From Octopus sinensis (taxonomy: Eukaryota), in assembly GCF_006345805.1 (NCBI RefSeq), contig NC_043004.1, forward strand, positions 96,782,001 through 96,846,000: a DNA stretch of 64,000 nucleotides, given 5' to 3'. Within the stretch, counting starts at the first letter, position 1. Every line of letters begins with the position of its first letter. Made by a program: the position numbers and the translations under genes. Below the pieces are notes generated by a model that saw nothing but the letters and a program-made list of their open reading frames with translations, was not told the origin of the DNA and made no database searches. Shown in pieces: positions 1-12,556 of this stretch.

Positions 1-137
1 AAAAATGTACTTAAACTAATGTGATTAAATTTAAAAGCAAAAATACAAAATCCCTCACACAATGTAAGACATGAGACAACACTGAAATATATACATATAC
101 ATACATACATACACAAACACACACAAACACACACACA

Positions 138-175
<38 letters not shown>

Positions 176-571
176 GAAATATATCTAAAAAATAAATGCT
201 GAAACAATTTTTCAGACAATATGAAAAAAGGAAGTCATCTTTAAGAAGTCTAACAATATCAAACCAATTATATTTCACAGATACAAACTAAAGCAAGTTA
301 TATTATTTGTGAAGAATTAAGAACACATTAGAATTCTTAAATTTTATTATTATCTTTAATTAAGCTAATATTCCAACCAAAAATAAAAAAAAGAATATAT
401 ATATATATAAATGTAAAAAATAGAAAATTACTTGTTGACTGCAAATATGAAACATTCAGAAAAATGTAACATGGAAAAATGGTAAAATTTTGCTCTTTTA
501 GTTGTCATTCCTTCTTCCAAAATAAACCAGAAGCAAAGTCAAAGGAAAACTGCCTACTAAGCAGACTATAC

Positions 572-790
572 ATATTGGTTTCAAATTTTGGCACAATGCC
601 AGGAATTTGGGGGAAGGGTTATAGTCAATTACATTTACCCCAGTGTTCAACTGGTACTTAATTTATTGAACCCAAAAGGATTAAAGGTAAAGTTGACCTT
701 GATGGAATTTGAACCCAGAACGTGCAGACAGATGAAATGCCACTAAGCATTTTGCTCAGCATGCTAACGATTCTGCCAGCTTGCGACCTT
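572..790 (-). mobile_element. SINE family B copy (tRNA-like head GGCGAGCTGGCAGAATCGTTAG, body GAGGTCGACTTTGCCTTTCATCC)
   Basis: Reverse complement matches the copies at 26456, 35117 and 58534. Confidence 0.8.
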
Positions 791-1394
791 TGGCTGACTA
801 TACATATTAAGAGAAGCATAAGGGTGGATTGTCATTGGCTACATTTGTTCTCTTTACTAATTATTAAAATAATCAGAGTGAATTAAGATTATGAAAAATA
901 TACATAGTAAAGTCTTTAGTATGAAGCTGGCAAATGTGGTGAGCTGGCAGCATTGTTAACACACTGGACAAAATCTTTAGTGCCTGTAACTGTGTAGATA
1001 GCTAGATAGTTGAATGATCTCCCTTGTAAGAAAGATCATAGAGTAACCTTCCTTTTCTAAGCTTCTCGAAGCATCAATGTCATGAGACATGGTTATTAAT
1101 TATTCAAGAAGCATGACATTTCTCTTAGAAGTTTGTAGAATGTCTAGCTTTCCATTAATAAAGCCAACTTGCTAACCCAGCTTTTTGCTTCTCAGTCAAT
1201 TGACATCGTTGCCATGTATGTGTATTTCTCTATGCCCAGTAACTGACACGATTAAGATCCACAACTTTGCTGTTGTTCTACATTTCCTATCTCAGAACTT
1301 TCTCACAAAATATTTCTTCAACTAGCTTCTACAATTTGATTCTATGTATCATCATTGAAAGAAGAATAAAATATATTTTTACGTAATAAATGTA

Positions 1395-1646
1395 TCATCA
1401 TCATCATCATCATCATCGTTTAACGTCCGTTTTCCACGCTAGCACGGGTTGGATGGTTCGACCGGGGTCTGGGAAGCCAGGAGGCTACACCAGGCTCCAG
1501 TCTGATCTGGCAGTGTTTCTACAGCTTGATGCCCTTCCTAACGCCAACCACTCCGCGAGTGTAGTGGGTGCTTTTTACGTGCCACCGGCACAGGTGCCAG
1601 GGGAGTCAGGCAGCGGCCACGATCGGTTGGTGCTTTTAACGTGCCT
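1395..1646 (-). mobile_element. 5'-truncated RTE LINE 3' end with (GAT)n tail
   Basis: GGAGTGGTTGGCGTTAGGAAGGGCATC...GGACGTTAAACGATGATGAT on minus; the same sequence follows an RTE ORF end at 24452-25110. Confidence 0.8.
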
Positions 1647-1940
1647 TATTCTTTGGTCCTTGTGCTGTTTACATATTTCACTACATATCATTTCGTCCAT
1701 CTTTACACTCAGAGTTCAAATTCTGTTGAGGTCGACTTTGTCTTTCATCCTTTTGGAGTTGATTAAAGAAGTGCCAGTTGAACACTGTAGCTGAGGTAAT
1801 CAACTAAAACCCCTCTCCCAGAATGTCAGGCCTCATACCTATAGAGGAAAAGATTATTATGAGTTTGGCCTCATTGATGAAAATGTCTTACCATATTGAA
1901 TGAGCAGGAAAGTAAAGCTAATAAAAAGTCTGGCTGTATG

Positions 1941-2296
1941 CTTTTACTTGTTTTAAGTCATTTGACTTCAGCCATGCTGGAGCACTGCCTTTAGTCGAAC
2001 AAATTGACCACAGGACTTATTTTTTTGTGTGTCTAGTACTTATTCTATCAGTCTCTTTTCACACCAACATCAGTTGTCAAATGATGGTAGGGGGGGGGAC
2101 AAACAGAGGCACACCACCATATACATATATACGACAGGTTTCTTTCAGTTTCTGTCGACCAAATCCACTCACAAGGCTTTGGTTGGCCCATGGCTATAGC
2201 AGAAGACACTTGCCCAATGTGTCATGCAGTGGGACTGAAACCGGAACCATGTGGTTGGGAAGCAAGCTTCTTACCACACAGCCACGCCTGTGCCTA
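1941..2296 (-). mobile_element. SINE family A copy (tRNA-derived, CORE-like CCTTGGGCAAGTGTCTTC, GTAAAAGA tail)
   Basis: Matches more than 10 other copies in the window. Confidence 0.85.
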
Positions 2297-2862
2297 TGAT
2301 TGAAAAATTTCCTTTACAACCATATATAGTGTTGGAATTTGATAGACAAAATTTGCAAAAGCCTGTCGTACACATATATGTATGCATGTGAAGGTATACA
2401 TGTGTGTGTATGTGTGAGTGTTTATGTATAACGTTGGTGTATATCAGTGGCAGAAGTAAACATTGGTGAAAAATCAGAAAACTAATGCTTTTAAAGAATA
2501 AATATCCTGTGCTGTACTTGTCCAGCTGATGTTGCCCATAGCAACCCCTTAGCGACTCTTATTGTCATAAATGCAGTTACCCAGTGGCTGATCACTGGAA
2601 ACTTATAACCAACAATGCTGTTGACCAGTAAATGTGATATACAATACTAAAAATACATAAATATATAAATAAGTTGTATTGAGGGAATTCATGACAAAAT
2701 TTAGAGCATTTAAAATAAGATACAATATATAAGAATTAGAGGCTTGTTATAGTATTTTTTTTTTGTTGTTATTCTTCAGTCATCAACATTGAAATATATC
2801 TACCCTCTATTGAACTGTTTCTTTTCCCTATCTTTTTTTATAACTACTACTGCTGCTACTAT

Positions 2863-2895
<33 letters not shown>

Positions 2896-3793
2896 AAAAA
2901 TATTTTGAGTTCCTATAAATGTGTGCTGAATGTATATCTCCTCTTGACTAATTCTATACAAATCTTTAAGCTTCAGCAGTAGATATTCTAAAATTGGAAT
3001 GGTAAGGATAAGATTATAAGAATGGTTTCTGCACAAAGATGACAAATTAATCTGTGAATTAATTTCCACATTTTTCACAAGACAACAATAGAACCACATG
3101 CTACTGCTTGACCTGCCAGATATAGAAACATATTGAACCTCCTTCAAATCACAACCAAACATACTATAAAAAAAAAATTATGGATATATGGGATAATGTA
3201 AATCAAAATACATTATTTCTGAAAAAAAAACAAACAAACACAAAAAATACAGAACAAAAAAGAAGACAAGATGGGGGAGGTTAGAATACCTTTCTTATAA
3301 TAAATGTGCTTGATCAGAACTAAGATGGAAATAAACCTACAAGAACAACAATATCTAAACATTACAATCACTTCAGTGACTTCACTGACTTCTATCATCT
3401 CCACTGCTTATAATTGCATTTGAACCCTTGTTTATAATACTTCTACAATAATTTGTCCCTTTCTGAAATTGCACCCTTTTTATTTACTCTTTTCTTAACC
3501 TAGCTAACCTAACCGATTAGAAACTGCATTATTATTTCAAGTTATAAGGTGGGAAAGCTGACAGCATTGTCAACATGCTGGGCAAAATGCTTAGTGACAT
3601 TTCATCTGTCTTTACATTCTGAGTTCGAGTCATCCTTTTAGAGTTGATAAAAAAAAGTACCAATTAAGTACTGTTCTGGGTTCAATCCCACTATATGGCA
3701 CATTGGGCAGGTGTCTTCTACTATAACTTTGAGCTGACTAAAGCCTTGTGAGTAGATTTGGTAGACAGAAACTAGAAGAAGCTCATTGTATAC

Positions 3794-4211
3794 TCTTTTA
3801 CACTTTTACTCTTTTACTTGTTTCAGTCATTTGACTGCGGCCATGCTGGAGCACCACCTTTAGTTGAGCAAATCGACCCCGGGACTTATTCTTTGTAAGC
3901 CCAGTACTTATTCTATTGGTCTCTTTTGCCGAACCGCTAAGTGACGGGGACGTAAACACACCAGCATCGGTTGTCAAGCAATGCTAGGGGGACAAACACA
4001 GACACACAAACACGCACACACACACACATATATATATACATATATACGACAGGCTTCTTTCAATTTCTATCTACCAAATCCACTCACAAGGCATTGGTCG
4101 GCCCGAGGCTATAGCGGAAGACACTTGCCCAAGATGCCATGCAGTGGGACTGAACCCGGAACCATGTGGTTGGTTAGCAAGCTACTTACCACACAGCCAC
4201 ACCTGTGCCTA
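3794..4211 (-). mobile_element. SINE family A copy nested in an older plus-strand family A copy (~3672-4470)
   Basis: Full head-to-tail copy; flanks carry the 5' and 3' halves of a copy in the opposite orientation. Confidence 0.85.
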
Positions 4212-4839
4212 TGTATATATAAAAGTGAAAGGGGTACAGCATATTATATGTATATATTTGTATGTGTGTGTCTGTGTTTGCCATTGCTTGACAACCGATG
4301 CTGGTGTGTTTATGTCCCCATAACTTAGCAGTTCAGCAGAGACCAATAGAATAAGTACTAGGCTTACAAAGAATAAGTCTCGGGGGTCAGTTTCTTTGAC
4401 TAACGCACTTTAAGCCGGTGTTCCAGCAAGGCCACAGTCAAATGACTGAAACAATAAAAGAGTAAAAAAGTAGGCACTGGGGACGATGTAATTGACTTTC
4501 CAATTCCTTCACGACCATCATCACCATCACCATTTAACATCCATCTCCCATGCTGACATGGGTTGAATGGCTTGACAGGAGCTAGCAAGCCTGAGGACTA
4601 CACCAAGATCAACTGTCTGGTTTGGCAGTGTTATGATGACTGGACTCCCTTCCTAATGCAAACCTCTACAAGGACACAAGGGCTTAGAATTTCATGCACA
4701 ACAGTTATGAAACATGTTTGAAACTCTCCGATCTGGAGCTTCTTTGGAACATCTGCTGATTAAAAGCAAACAACATATATATACTCTTATTTACATTATT
4801 TACATTCGATGGATATTTGTCCTCATCTTGTTTGATGTT

Positions 4840-4885
4840 AACACAATGTTTCAGCTGGTGTACCCTCCAGCCTTCATCAGGTGTC
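4840..4885 (-). ncRNA. Minimal type I hammerhead ribozyme motif
   Basis: gacac CUGAUGA aggcugg-aggguaca-ccagcu GAAAC AUU guguu; stem I gacac/guguu, stem II ggcugg/ccagcu. Confidence 0.65.
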
Positions 4886-5244
4886 TTACTCTTTTACTCT
4901 TTTATTCTTTTACTTGTTTCAGGCATTTGACTCTGGCCATGCTAGAGCACTACCTTTAGTCGAACAAATTGACCCCAGGACTTATTCTTTGAAAGCCTAG
5001 TACTTAATTTATTAGTCTCTTTTGCTGAACCGCTAGGTTACAGGGACGTAAACACACCAGCATCGGTTGTCAAGTGATGTTAGGAGGACAAACACAGACA
5101 CACAAACAAAATCCACTCACAAGACTTTGGTTGGCTTGAGGCTATATTAGAAAACACTTGCCCAAGGTGCCATGCAGTGGGACTGAATCCGGAACCATAT
5201 GGTTGGTAAGCAAGCTACTTATCACACAGCCACTCCTACACCTA
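4886..5244 (-). mobile_element. SINE family A copy with internal deletion and 6-bp TSD TGTCTT
   Basis: TGTCTT at 4882-4887 and 5245-5250. Confidence 0.85.
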
Positions 5245-5315
5245 TGTCTTGAGGAAATTTCAAACCTGGGTTCTCATTCCTAAGGTATTTTTCGATGTTA
5301 TCATTATCATTATTA

Positions 5316-5367
<52 letters not shown>

Positions 5368-5512
5368 CATTCAGGTCACTGCCTGGAATCGAACTTGGAA
5401 TCTTGGGGTTAGTAGCCTGTGCTCTTAAACACTACTCCATATGCCCGTATTTTGAGTTTTATCTATCCTGCTTGTGCAATAAACATACATGTACACGTGC
5501 ACACATACCCAC

Positions 5513-5550
<38 letters not shown>

Positions 5551-5786
5551 TGAAAATACACAGGTAGGTAAATAAGTGAAAATAACATATGACTCAGTAC
5601 ATGTAGTTAGAGATGTAAATATTTGATAATGAGTTAACTCAGCATCACTTTACCGATAAATTCATAGGAACGGATATGCTTCTGCACCTTCAGTTACATG
5701 GATACTGAAAATGAAGACATATGTCTGTTCCAGAGAAACTTTGAGCAAGGAGGAGCTGAGTTTACTTGTTATTACACATTTGGGTT

Positions 5787-5827
<41 letters not shown>

Positions 5828-6584
5828 TGTGTGTCAGTGTCTACATCTTGTTTACATTTGCATAAGCCTAAAAATTTTCTGTTGTTTTTATGTTGCATGC
5901 ATGCCATAACTTAGTCGGTAAACAAAAAGAGATCAATAAAAATAATAACAGAGTGAAATATGAAACAGGCTGAATATGATTGTTTGAAATCCCTTGGAAG
6001 CAGAGCCTTAGTGCAACCAAAATCCAGTGACTGAAATCAATAAAAAGGATATTTCTTTTATATATAAACTATATAGAAATCATTGTGATTCATACCTCCA
6101 TAATCTAATGATATCTTTGCATTTTCAAACAAAAGCAAACACGAAGTTTATAAAAAGAAAATACATTTGTTGCTATCGGGAGAAATGAATGCTAATATTT
6201 TGGGTAGATTCATTCAGAGGAGAAGAAAAGGAAAATATGATTTTACAATGGACTTGGAGATTTAGCTGAATAAGAATAATTATGCAATTGTAACATTTGC
6301 AGTGAACCAATTCTAAAATTTAGTTTCTATTGTATGAATCTCAGGAAGATTATTGTTTTTATGCAGTGAAGTCAGCTTGGTGAAACCCATTATGTGCAAA
6401 CGACTTTTACCTTGGTATTTAAGCTAAGCATTGTAATCTTAGCAAATACTTCAACACTTCTTCAGGGCCAGGAAAAATTTTTTCTCCTAACAACAATTAC
6501 TAACACTGAACAAAATTTCAAGTGAGAGCTACATTGGAATACTGTTGCCAACATAAAGCTTGGTGCTGAGGTTATAATACAGAC

Positions 6585-6690
6585 ATCAGACTGGAGCCTG
6601 GTGCAGCCTCCTGGCCTGCCAGTCCTCAGTCAAACCGTCCAACCCATGCCAGCATGGAAAGCGGACGTTAAATGATGATGATGATGATGA
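6585..6690 (+). mobile_element. Short RTE 3' tail fragment
   Basis: ATCAGACTGGAGCCTGGTGCAG...GGACGTTAAATGATGATG. Confidence 0.75.
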
Positions 6691-7637
6691 CATCGTAGAC
6701 TGCATTTAAAAAAAGGGGGTTTTTCACCTGACTAATAGGCATAAAGTTGTTTGCCAACACACTCCAACCTCAGGTGTACTTTCATGCTGGCATCTCATTT
6801 CCCACTGCAGTGGCCTCTGTTCCTAAGAACTGGCAGTTCTCCTGCTATTTTTATTCCGGCACTCTCAATTCAGATTTATTCTCATCACCCATTCTGTTTG
6901 TGGCACCATCCTTCACAAGCCTTGTGCTAAACAGTTTACTTAGTTTTTCCATCTTGAAACATCAACCCTCAGGATTTCTCACCCTGTTTTCATTTTCCCA
7001 GTAGCCATCATTTTGAAGGAACATCTGTGGCATTTCTCCAATCTAAAAACGGCCTGTGGTGGCTATTGGAACACTCCTGTTTTTTTTCAAATCAAAGCAT
7101 GTAAGTTTTAAAAATATAAGAAGGCATTGTTGTGTGGTAAAGAAACCTGCTTCCCAACCATGTGAGTTTTGGGGTTCAATCCCACTGCATTACTTTTTCA
7201 GGTGTCTTCTACTACAGACACAGATTACTTAAAGCCTTTTAAGTGGATTTAGCAGATGGAAACCGAAAGAAGCTTGTGTATATATATGAATGTGTGTGTG
7301 TGTGTGTGTGTGTGCTCGTGTCCCTTTGTGCATGATAGTTGGAAACAAGTGATGACCTCATACAAATATTGTCATTCATTTCCGACTTTCTTTTCCAACT
7401 TCTCTTGAAAAAATTGTGCAGTCATGGATAAACCAAATCTTGCTTGGAGACAAATAAGAATTTGTGACAAGAAGGACATCCAACAATAGATGACCTGCCT
7501 CCACAAGTCCCATCTGACCAATGCATGCATTGTAGAGTAGATTTTACAATGCTGCTGCAGATATTGGGGATGATGATTCCACTGAGGTTGATGATGTGAA
7601 TGAATTTCATCAAATATATACTGTTTATTCCACTTAA

Positions 7638-7832
7638 CCCTTTAGCATTTAAACCAACCATATCCGGCCAAAAGTATTCTGCTTGTTTTATGTTCAAACT
7701 GGCCAGATCAGGTCTCTCACACCAACAGCTACCTCATCAAAATCTCATAGCTACAAGATAATGCATGATTAGCTCAAAACAATGTGGATGGAAAAGCATT
7801 AATTTTGGTAGAATAATGTGAACACTAAAGGG
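7638..7832. mobile_element. piggyBac-type MITE
   Basis: TTAA|CCCTTTAG ... CTAAAGGG|TTAA; related decayed copy at ~41120-41300. Confidence 0.75.
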
Positions 7833-8577
7833 TTAAAGCAGTTAACTGTATCACTCCATGTTCATACGGATATAGAGATATTGTTTGATTTGTATACTTA
7901 GCAGTTAAATGAGTTGATCCCCTCCGAGACACAGCAGCATAAAATGATTGGAGACAAGCCATCAGCACTTTGTCCATTGTGCTGAAGAGGTTAGAGAGAG
8001 GAATGCATAATATACTTATGTAAGAGAAAATAATAATCTCATTCACTGACTAATATTGCAACCATGTGGTTTCAGGTTCAGTTCCACTGCATGATACCTT
8101 GAGCAAGTGTCTTCTATTATAGCCTACCAATGCATTGTGAGTGAATTTTGTTAATGGAAACTGTGTGGAAACCTGTCTCACACACACACACACATGCTGA
8201 CAAACATATAGGCAAACACATATGTTTGTATCTTTACATGTACGTGTGTATCTATGTTTGGCTCCCAGACCCCACTGCTTGGCAACCAGTGTCAGTTGGT
8301 TTACATCCTTATGACATAGCACTTTGTCATAAGAAACCTATTGAATAAGCAGCAGATATAAAAAAAAAAAGATATTGGGGTTGATTTTGTTTGATTAAAC
8401 CATTTAAGGTAGTGTTCCAGCATGACCACAGTCAAATGAGTGGAACATGTGAAAGATGAAAGATAATAGGCATTCTAGGCCTTTAGTAATTGTAAGGCTG
8501 CGTGGTTAAGAAATTCTCTTTGCTATTATATGGTTCTTGGTTCAATTTCACTGTATGGTATTTAGGGCAAGTAATAT

Positions 8578-8810
8578 CTATTTCTTTACTACCCACAAGG
8601 GGCTAAACACAGAGAGGACAAACAAGGACAGACAAACGGATTAAGTCGATTAAATTGACCCCAGTGCGTAACTGGTACTTATTTAATCGACCCCGAAAGG
8701 ATGAAAGGCATAGTCGACCTTGGCGGAATTTGAATTCAGAATATAACGGCAGACGAAATACCGTTAAGCATTCCATCTGGCATGCTAACGATTCTGCCAG
8801 CTCGCCGCCT
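8578..8810 (-). mobile_element. SINE family B copy
   Basis: Near-consensus reverse complement of 26456-26686. Confidence 0.85.
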
Positions 8811-9333
8811 AGGGCAAGTAATATCTTTTTACCATATACTTAGGTTGACAAAAACTATGTGTGTGGAAGTTGGTAGACAGGGACAGTGTAGAAACCTGTT
8901 GTATAGATATGTAAGCATGTCTGTGTGTTTGTAAGTGTGTGCAAATGCACATGTATACGTGTGTGTGTGTGCTCTTAACAGCTGTTTATTGTTTGAAGAA
9001 CGAAAGGAGATGGTATGTCGCTGAGAAACAAGTGATATTTGGTTAAAGGAAGAGTGTCTGCTGTAGAATAACAGGCTGCAATAACTTTCTTCTGACCCAT
9101 GTCATCATGGAAAAGTAGACATTAAAATGCTGAAGAAACATTAATGATATTGTATTTATTTACTTTGCACTGAAGTATAAGAAGGCATTGCTGTGTGGGG
9201 AAAAAGCTTGCTTCTCAGCCATGTAGTTTCGGGGTTCAGTCCCACTTCATTACCTTTTCAGGTGTCTTCTACTGCAGACTCAGATTACTTAAAGCCTTTT
9301 AAGCAGATTTAGTATGAAACCTCATATAATCTC

Positions 9334-9544
9334 TACTCTTAACTCTTTTACTTGTTTCAGTCATTTGACTGTGGCCATGCTGGAGCACCGCCTTTAATCG
9401 AGCAACTCGACCCCGGGACTTATTCATTTGTAAGCCCAGTACTTATTCTATCGGTCTCTTTTGCCGAACCGCTAAGTAACGGGGACATAAACACACCAGT
9501 ATCGGTTGTTAAGCAATGCTAGAAGGACAAACACAGACACACAA

Positions 9545-9575
<31 letters not shown>

Positions 9576-9743
9576 CATATATATGACGGGCTTCTTTCAG
9601 TTTCCGTCTTCCAAATCCACTCACGAGCCTTTGGTCGGCCTGAGGCTATAGTAGAAGACACTTGCCCAAGGTGCCACGCAGTGGAACTGAACCCGGAACC
9701 ATGTGGTTGGTAAACAAGCTACTTACCACACAGCCACTCCTGC
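9334..9743 (-). mobile_element. SINE family A copy
   Basis: Full-length match to other copies. Confidence 0.85.
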
Positions 9744-10435
9744 GATTTTGACTGAAAATTACATGTAATATTTGTTCTGTCTAAGTTTCCACACAATCCC
9801 TTATCAAGCTTGCTATTCTAAATACATTGAACCAGTAATTATTCTGCTGAAAATATGTAACCAGAGGTACCGCTGTTTGCAAAATGTGATAGACAACAAA
9901 GAAATAAATAACCCCAAGTTCAAAGAAAAGAGTATGTATCTGGCTAGTTCAGTTACCATTTCTGTCTGTTTGTCTTTCATTCAGGTCACTTAAGGTGTTG
10001 GGAAAGGCATGGATACAACACAACCCCTGGCTACTTGTGTGGAGTCCAAAATCTAGTCTGGATGTAACACCATCTTGTTTCTCATTGTTTAAAAGAGAGA
10101 TCTTGCTATGTAAGAAATGGGAATCATTTAAAAGATGCTTTTGTCAGTGAGTGACAGCGAAGCTATTCTGTATATTTCTTTTCCCCTCTAGTGGTGCAAA
10201 ATGTCTATCGAGTATAAAAGGTGATGGGGGTTGGAATAATATTTTCATAGAAATCTATTAAAGAAGGACATGAATATTTCAAGCAATGCTCTTAACGTGC
10301 TTATCTTGCCTTCAAGCTGGTTAAATGAAGCTATTGGTGTTTGGTAAAGTGAGAGGGGTAGAAATATAGATAGATAAAAGAGGAAAGCAGATGAGAGATA
10401 TAAAGATAAGGGGAGAGTAATAGTTACTTTCGTAC

Positions 10436-10504
10436 GAGCACACACACACACACACACACACAGCCACCTACACACACACACATGCACAAACACACACTTA
10501 CTCT

Positions 10505-10575
<71 letters not shown>

Positions 10576-10920
10576 ATTTATGTGTATATATATATATATG
10601 TATGTATATATATATATATAAATAGCCTGAGAATAAAGAAACACAGCTTATATATATACTTACACACATACACACACACACATATATATATATCTGTATA
10701 CTTTGTGTGTGTAATATGTGTGTGTATATATATATATATATATATGTACATACACACATACACATACATACACATACAGTAAATATAAATGATGTATATA
10801 AATATATGCACACCACACATATATACATGGTCTTTTATGTCCTTTCAGAGGCTATTTATACATGTATGCCCTTGCGTGCATGCACACACACACACACACA
10901 CACACATGCGTATGCGTGTG
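10436..10920. repeat. Compound (CA)n/(TA)n microsatellite
   Basis: Directly visible. Confidence 0.95.
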
Positions 10921-11391
10921 CATTACTCTTCTTTTGTATTCACCTAATCACAAAAGTTTTTCACTAGCCACGTAATTTCTTAACTGAATTTTAAGACGAA
11001 GTATTTGCCTCGACTGCTGGAAGGTATAATGTGTACGAGAAGATATATGAACGTTGAATCCGGAACCATAACTAACTTATAAGAATCTAAATTTGCTACT
11101 AGCCAACCAGATAAGTTGGCTGTGAAAGGGGAAGAGATAAGTAGAAGAATTTCCACTAAACTTTATTCAAATCCATTCTGCTGGTCATTTTGAATGGTCA
11201 ATTTAATCCTATGTTCTTAGCTGGTATACCAATGTTTATAGATATAGCATTGCTATTGAAATGAAATAACTCTCCAGAAATTCCCCTACCTACACTATTC
11301 AAAGCAAGTGGCACCAATACCATATTGTCAGATATTTTAGCAAAATTTTTTGATTTATTCTCATATTTTCTATGGATACTAAATCATGTAA

Positions 11392-11637
11392 AACCTGGCA
11401 CTCTGTCAGTTACGACTATGAGTGTTCCAGTTGAACTGATCAATGGAACAGCCTGCTTCAGAAATTGATGTGCAAGTGACCGAGCACTCCATAGATATGT
11501 GTAACCTTAAAGTAGTTCTCAGGGAGATTCAGTGTGACACAGAATGAAACAAGACTGGCCCTTTGAAATGCAGGTACTTTGAACTCATGACTTTACGACT
11601 GAGCTGAATACCGTAACCACTAAGCTATGCATCTCAC
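11392..11637 (-). mobile_element. tRNA-derived SINE, diverged (related copy ~41915-42142)
   Basis: Minus head ATAGCTTAGTGGTTACGG; shared body GTAGTTCTCAG...TTCAG.GTGACACA...GGCCC.TTTGAA. Confidence 0.65.
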
Positions 11638-11705
11638 TCTTAATTGTACACTTACCTATACACTTATACTATTTTCTTAGAAGCACACAAAAACACACAC
11701 ACACA

Positions 11706-12168
11706 CTGCCAGCCTCGCCTGGTCCCCGTGCCGGGGGCACGTAAAAAGCACCACCCGACCGTGTCCTTTGCCACAGCCGCCCCGACAGGCCTCCGTGGCG
11801 GTGGCACGTAAAAAGCACCACAAGACCGTGTCCATTGCCAGCGCCGGCCCGACAGGCCTCCGTGCTGGTGGCACGTGAAAAGCACCATCCGATCGTGGCC
11901 GTTGCCAGCCTTGCCTGGCCCCCGTGCCGGTGGCACGTAAAAAGCACCATCCATCCATGGCCGTTTGCCAGCCCCGTCTTGCACCTGTGCAGGTGGCACG
12001 TAAAAAGCACCCACTACACTCACGGAGTGGTTGGCGTTAGGAAGGGCATCCAGCCGTAGAAACACTGCCAGATCAGACTGGGCCTGGTGCAGCCTTCTGG
12101 CTTCCCAGACCCCAGCTGAACCGTCCAACCCATGCTAGCATGGAAAGCGGACGCTAAATGATGATGAT
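11706..12168 (+). mobile_element. RTE 3' UTR copy with five internal 62-67 bp tandem units
   Basis: GTGCCGGTGGCACGTAAAAAGCACC-like motif at 11728, 11795, 11862, 11924, 11987, followed by the standard tail and (GAT)n. Confidence 0.85.
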
Positions 12169-12556
12169 AGTAAGTACAGGCTTAGCCGTGCTGTTAGGAG
12201 AATCATTTTTTAAAATCATGTGACTTTGGTTATTTGATCCCACTTTGTGGTACCCCCATAAAGTGTTTCTGCTTTAACCTGAAATCAATCAATGCTTTCT
12301 GAGTGAAAAATGATTAAAGAAAACTGCAGAGAAACATGTGTTTAAACCATAAAAGCACATCTACATTCGATGTGACACTGGGGTTGTGTAGGTGAAAGTT
12401 GCTGCCTATAGACAAGGTGAAAACACCATGAATGAATAAGGTATTTTCAGTGATTAGAAAAGGTGGAAACAGTTACAAACTGCTTGTTTATAAGCTGAGA
12501 CAAAAAAATATTTCTCAAATGAAAAAAAAATGAAATGGAGAAATGACTGCTGTGTC

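Larger units (their letters stand above)
4790..5446 (-). mobile_element. tRNA-headed SINE with (TAA)n middle and hammerhead-containing 3' region, interrupted by a family A SINE
   Basis: Head 5370-5446 on minus has A-box-like TGGAGTAGTG and B-box GTTCGATTCC; the body rejoins across a TGTCTT target duplication; the tail sequence recurs at 34811-34860. Confidence 0.7.

Noticed and set aside
1390-1794. 134-aa His-rich ORF and similar ORFs containing QSDLAVFLQLDALP
   Set aside because: Antisense read-through of RTE tails
11728-12011. CRISPR array
   Set aside because: Spacers are homologous to each other, the array is part of an RTE 3' UTR, the context is eukaryotic and there are no cas genes
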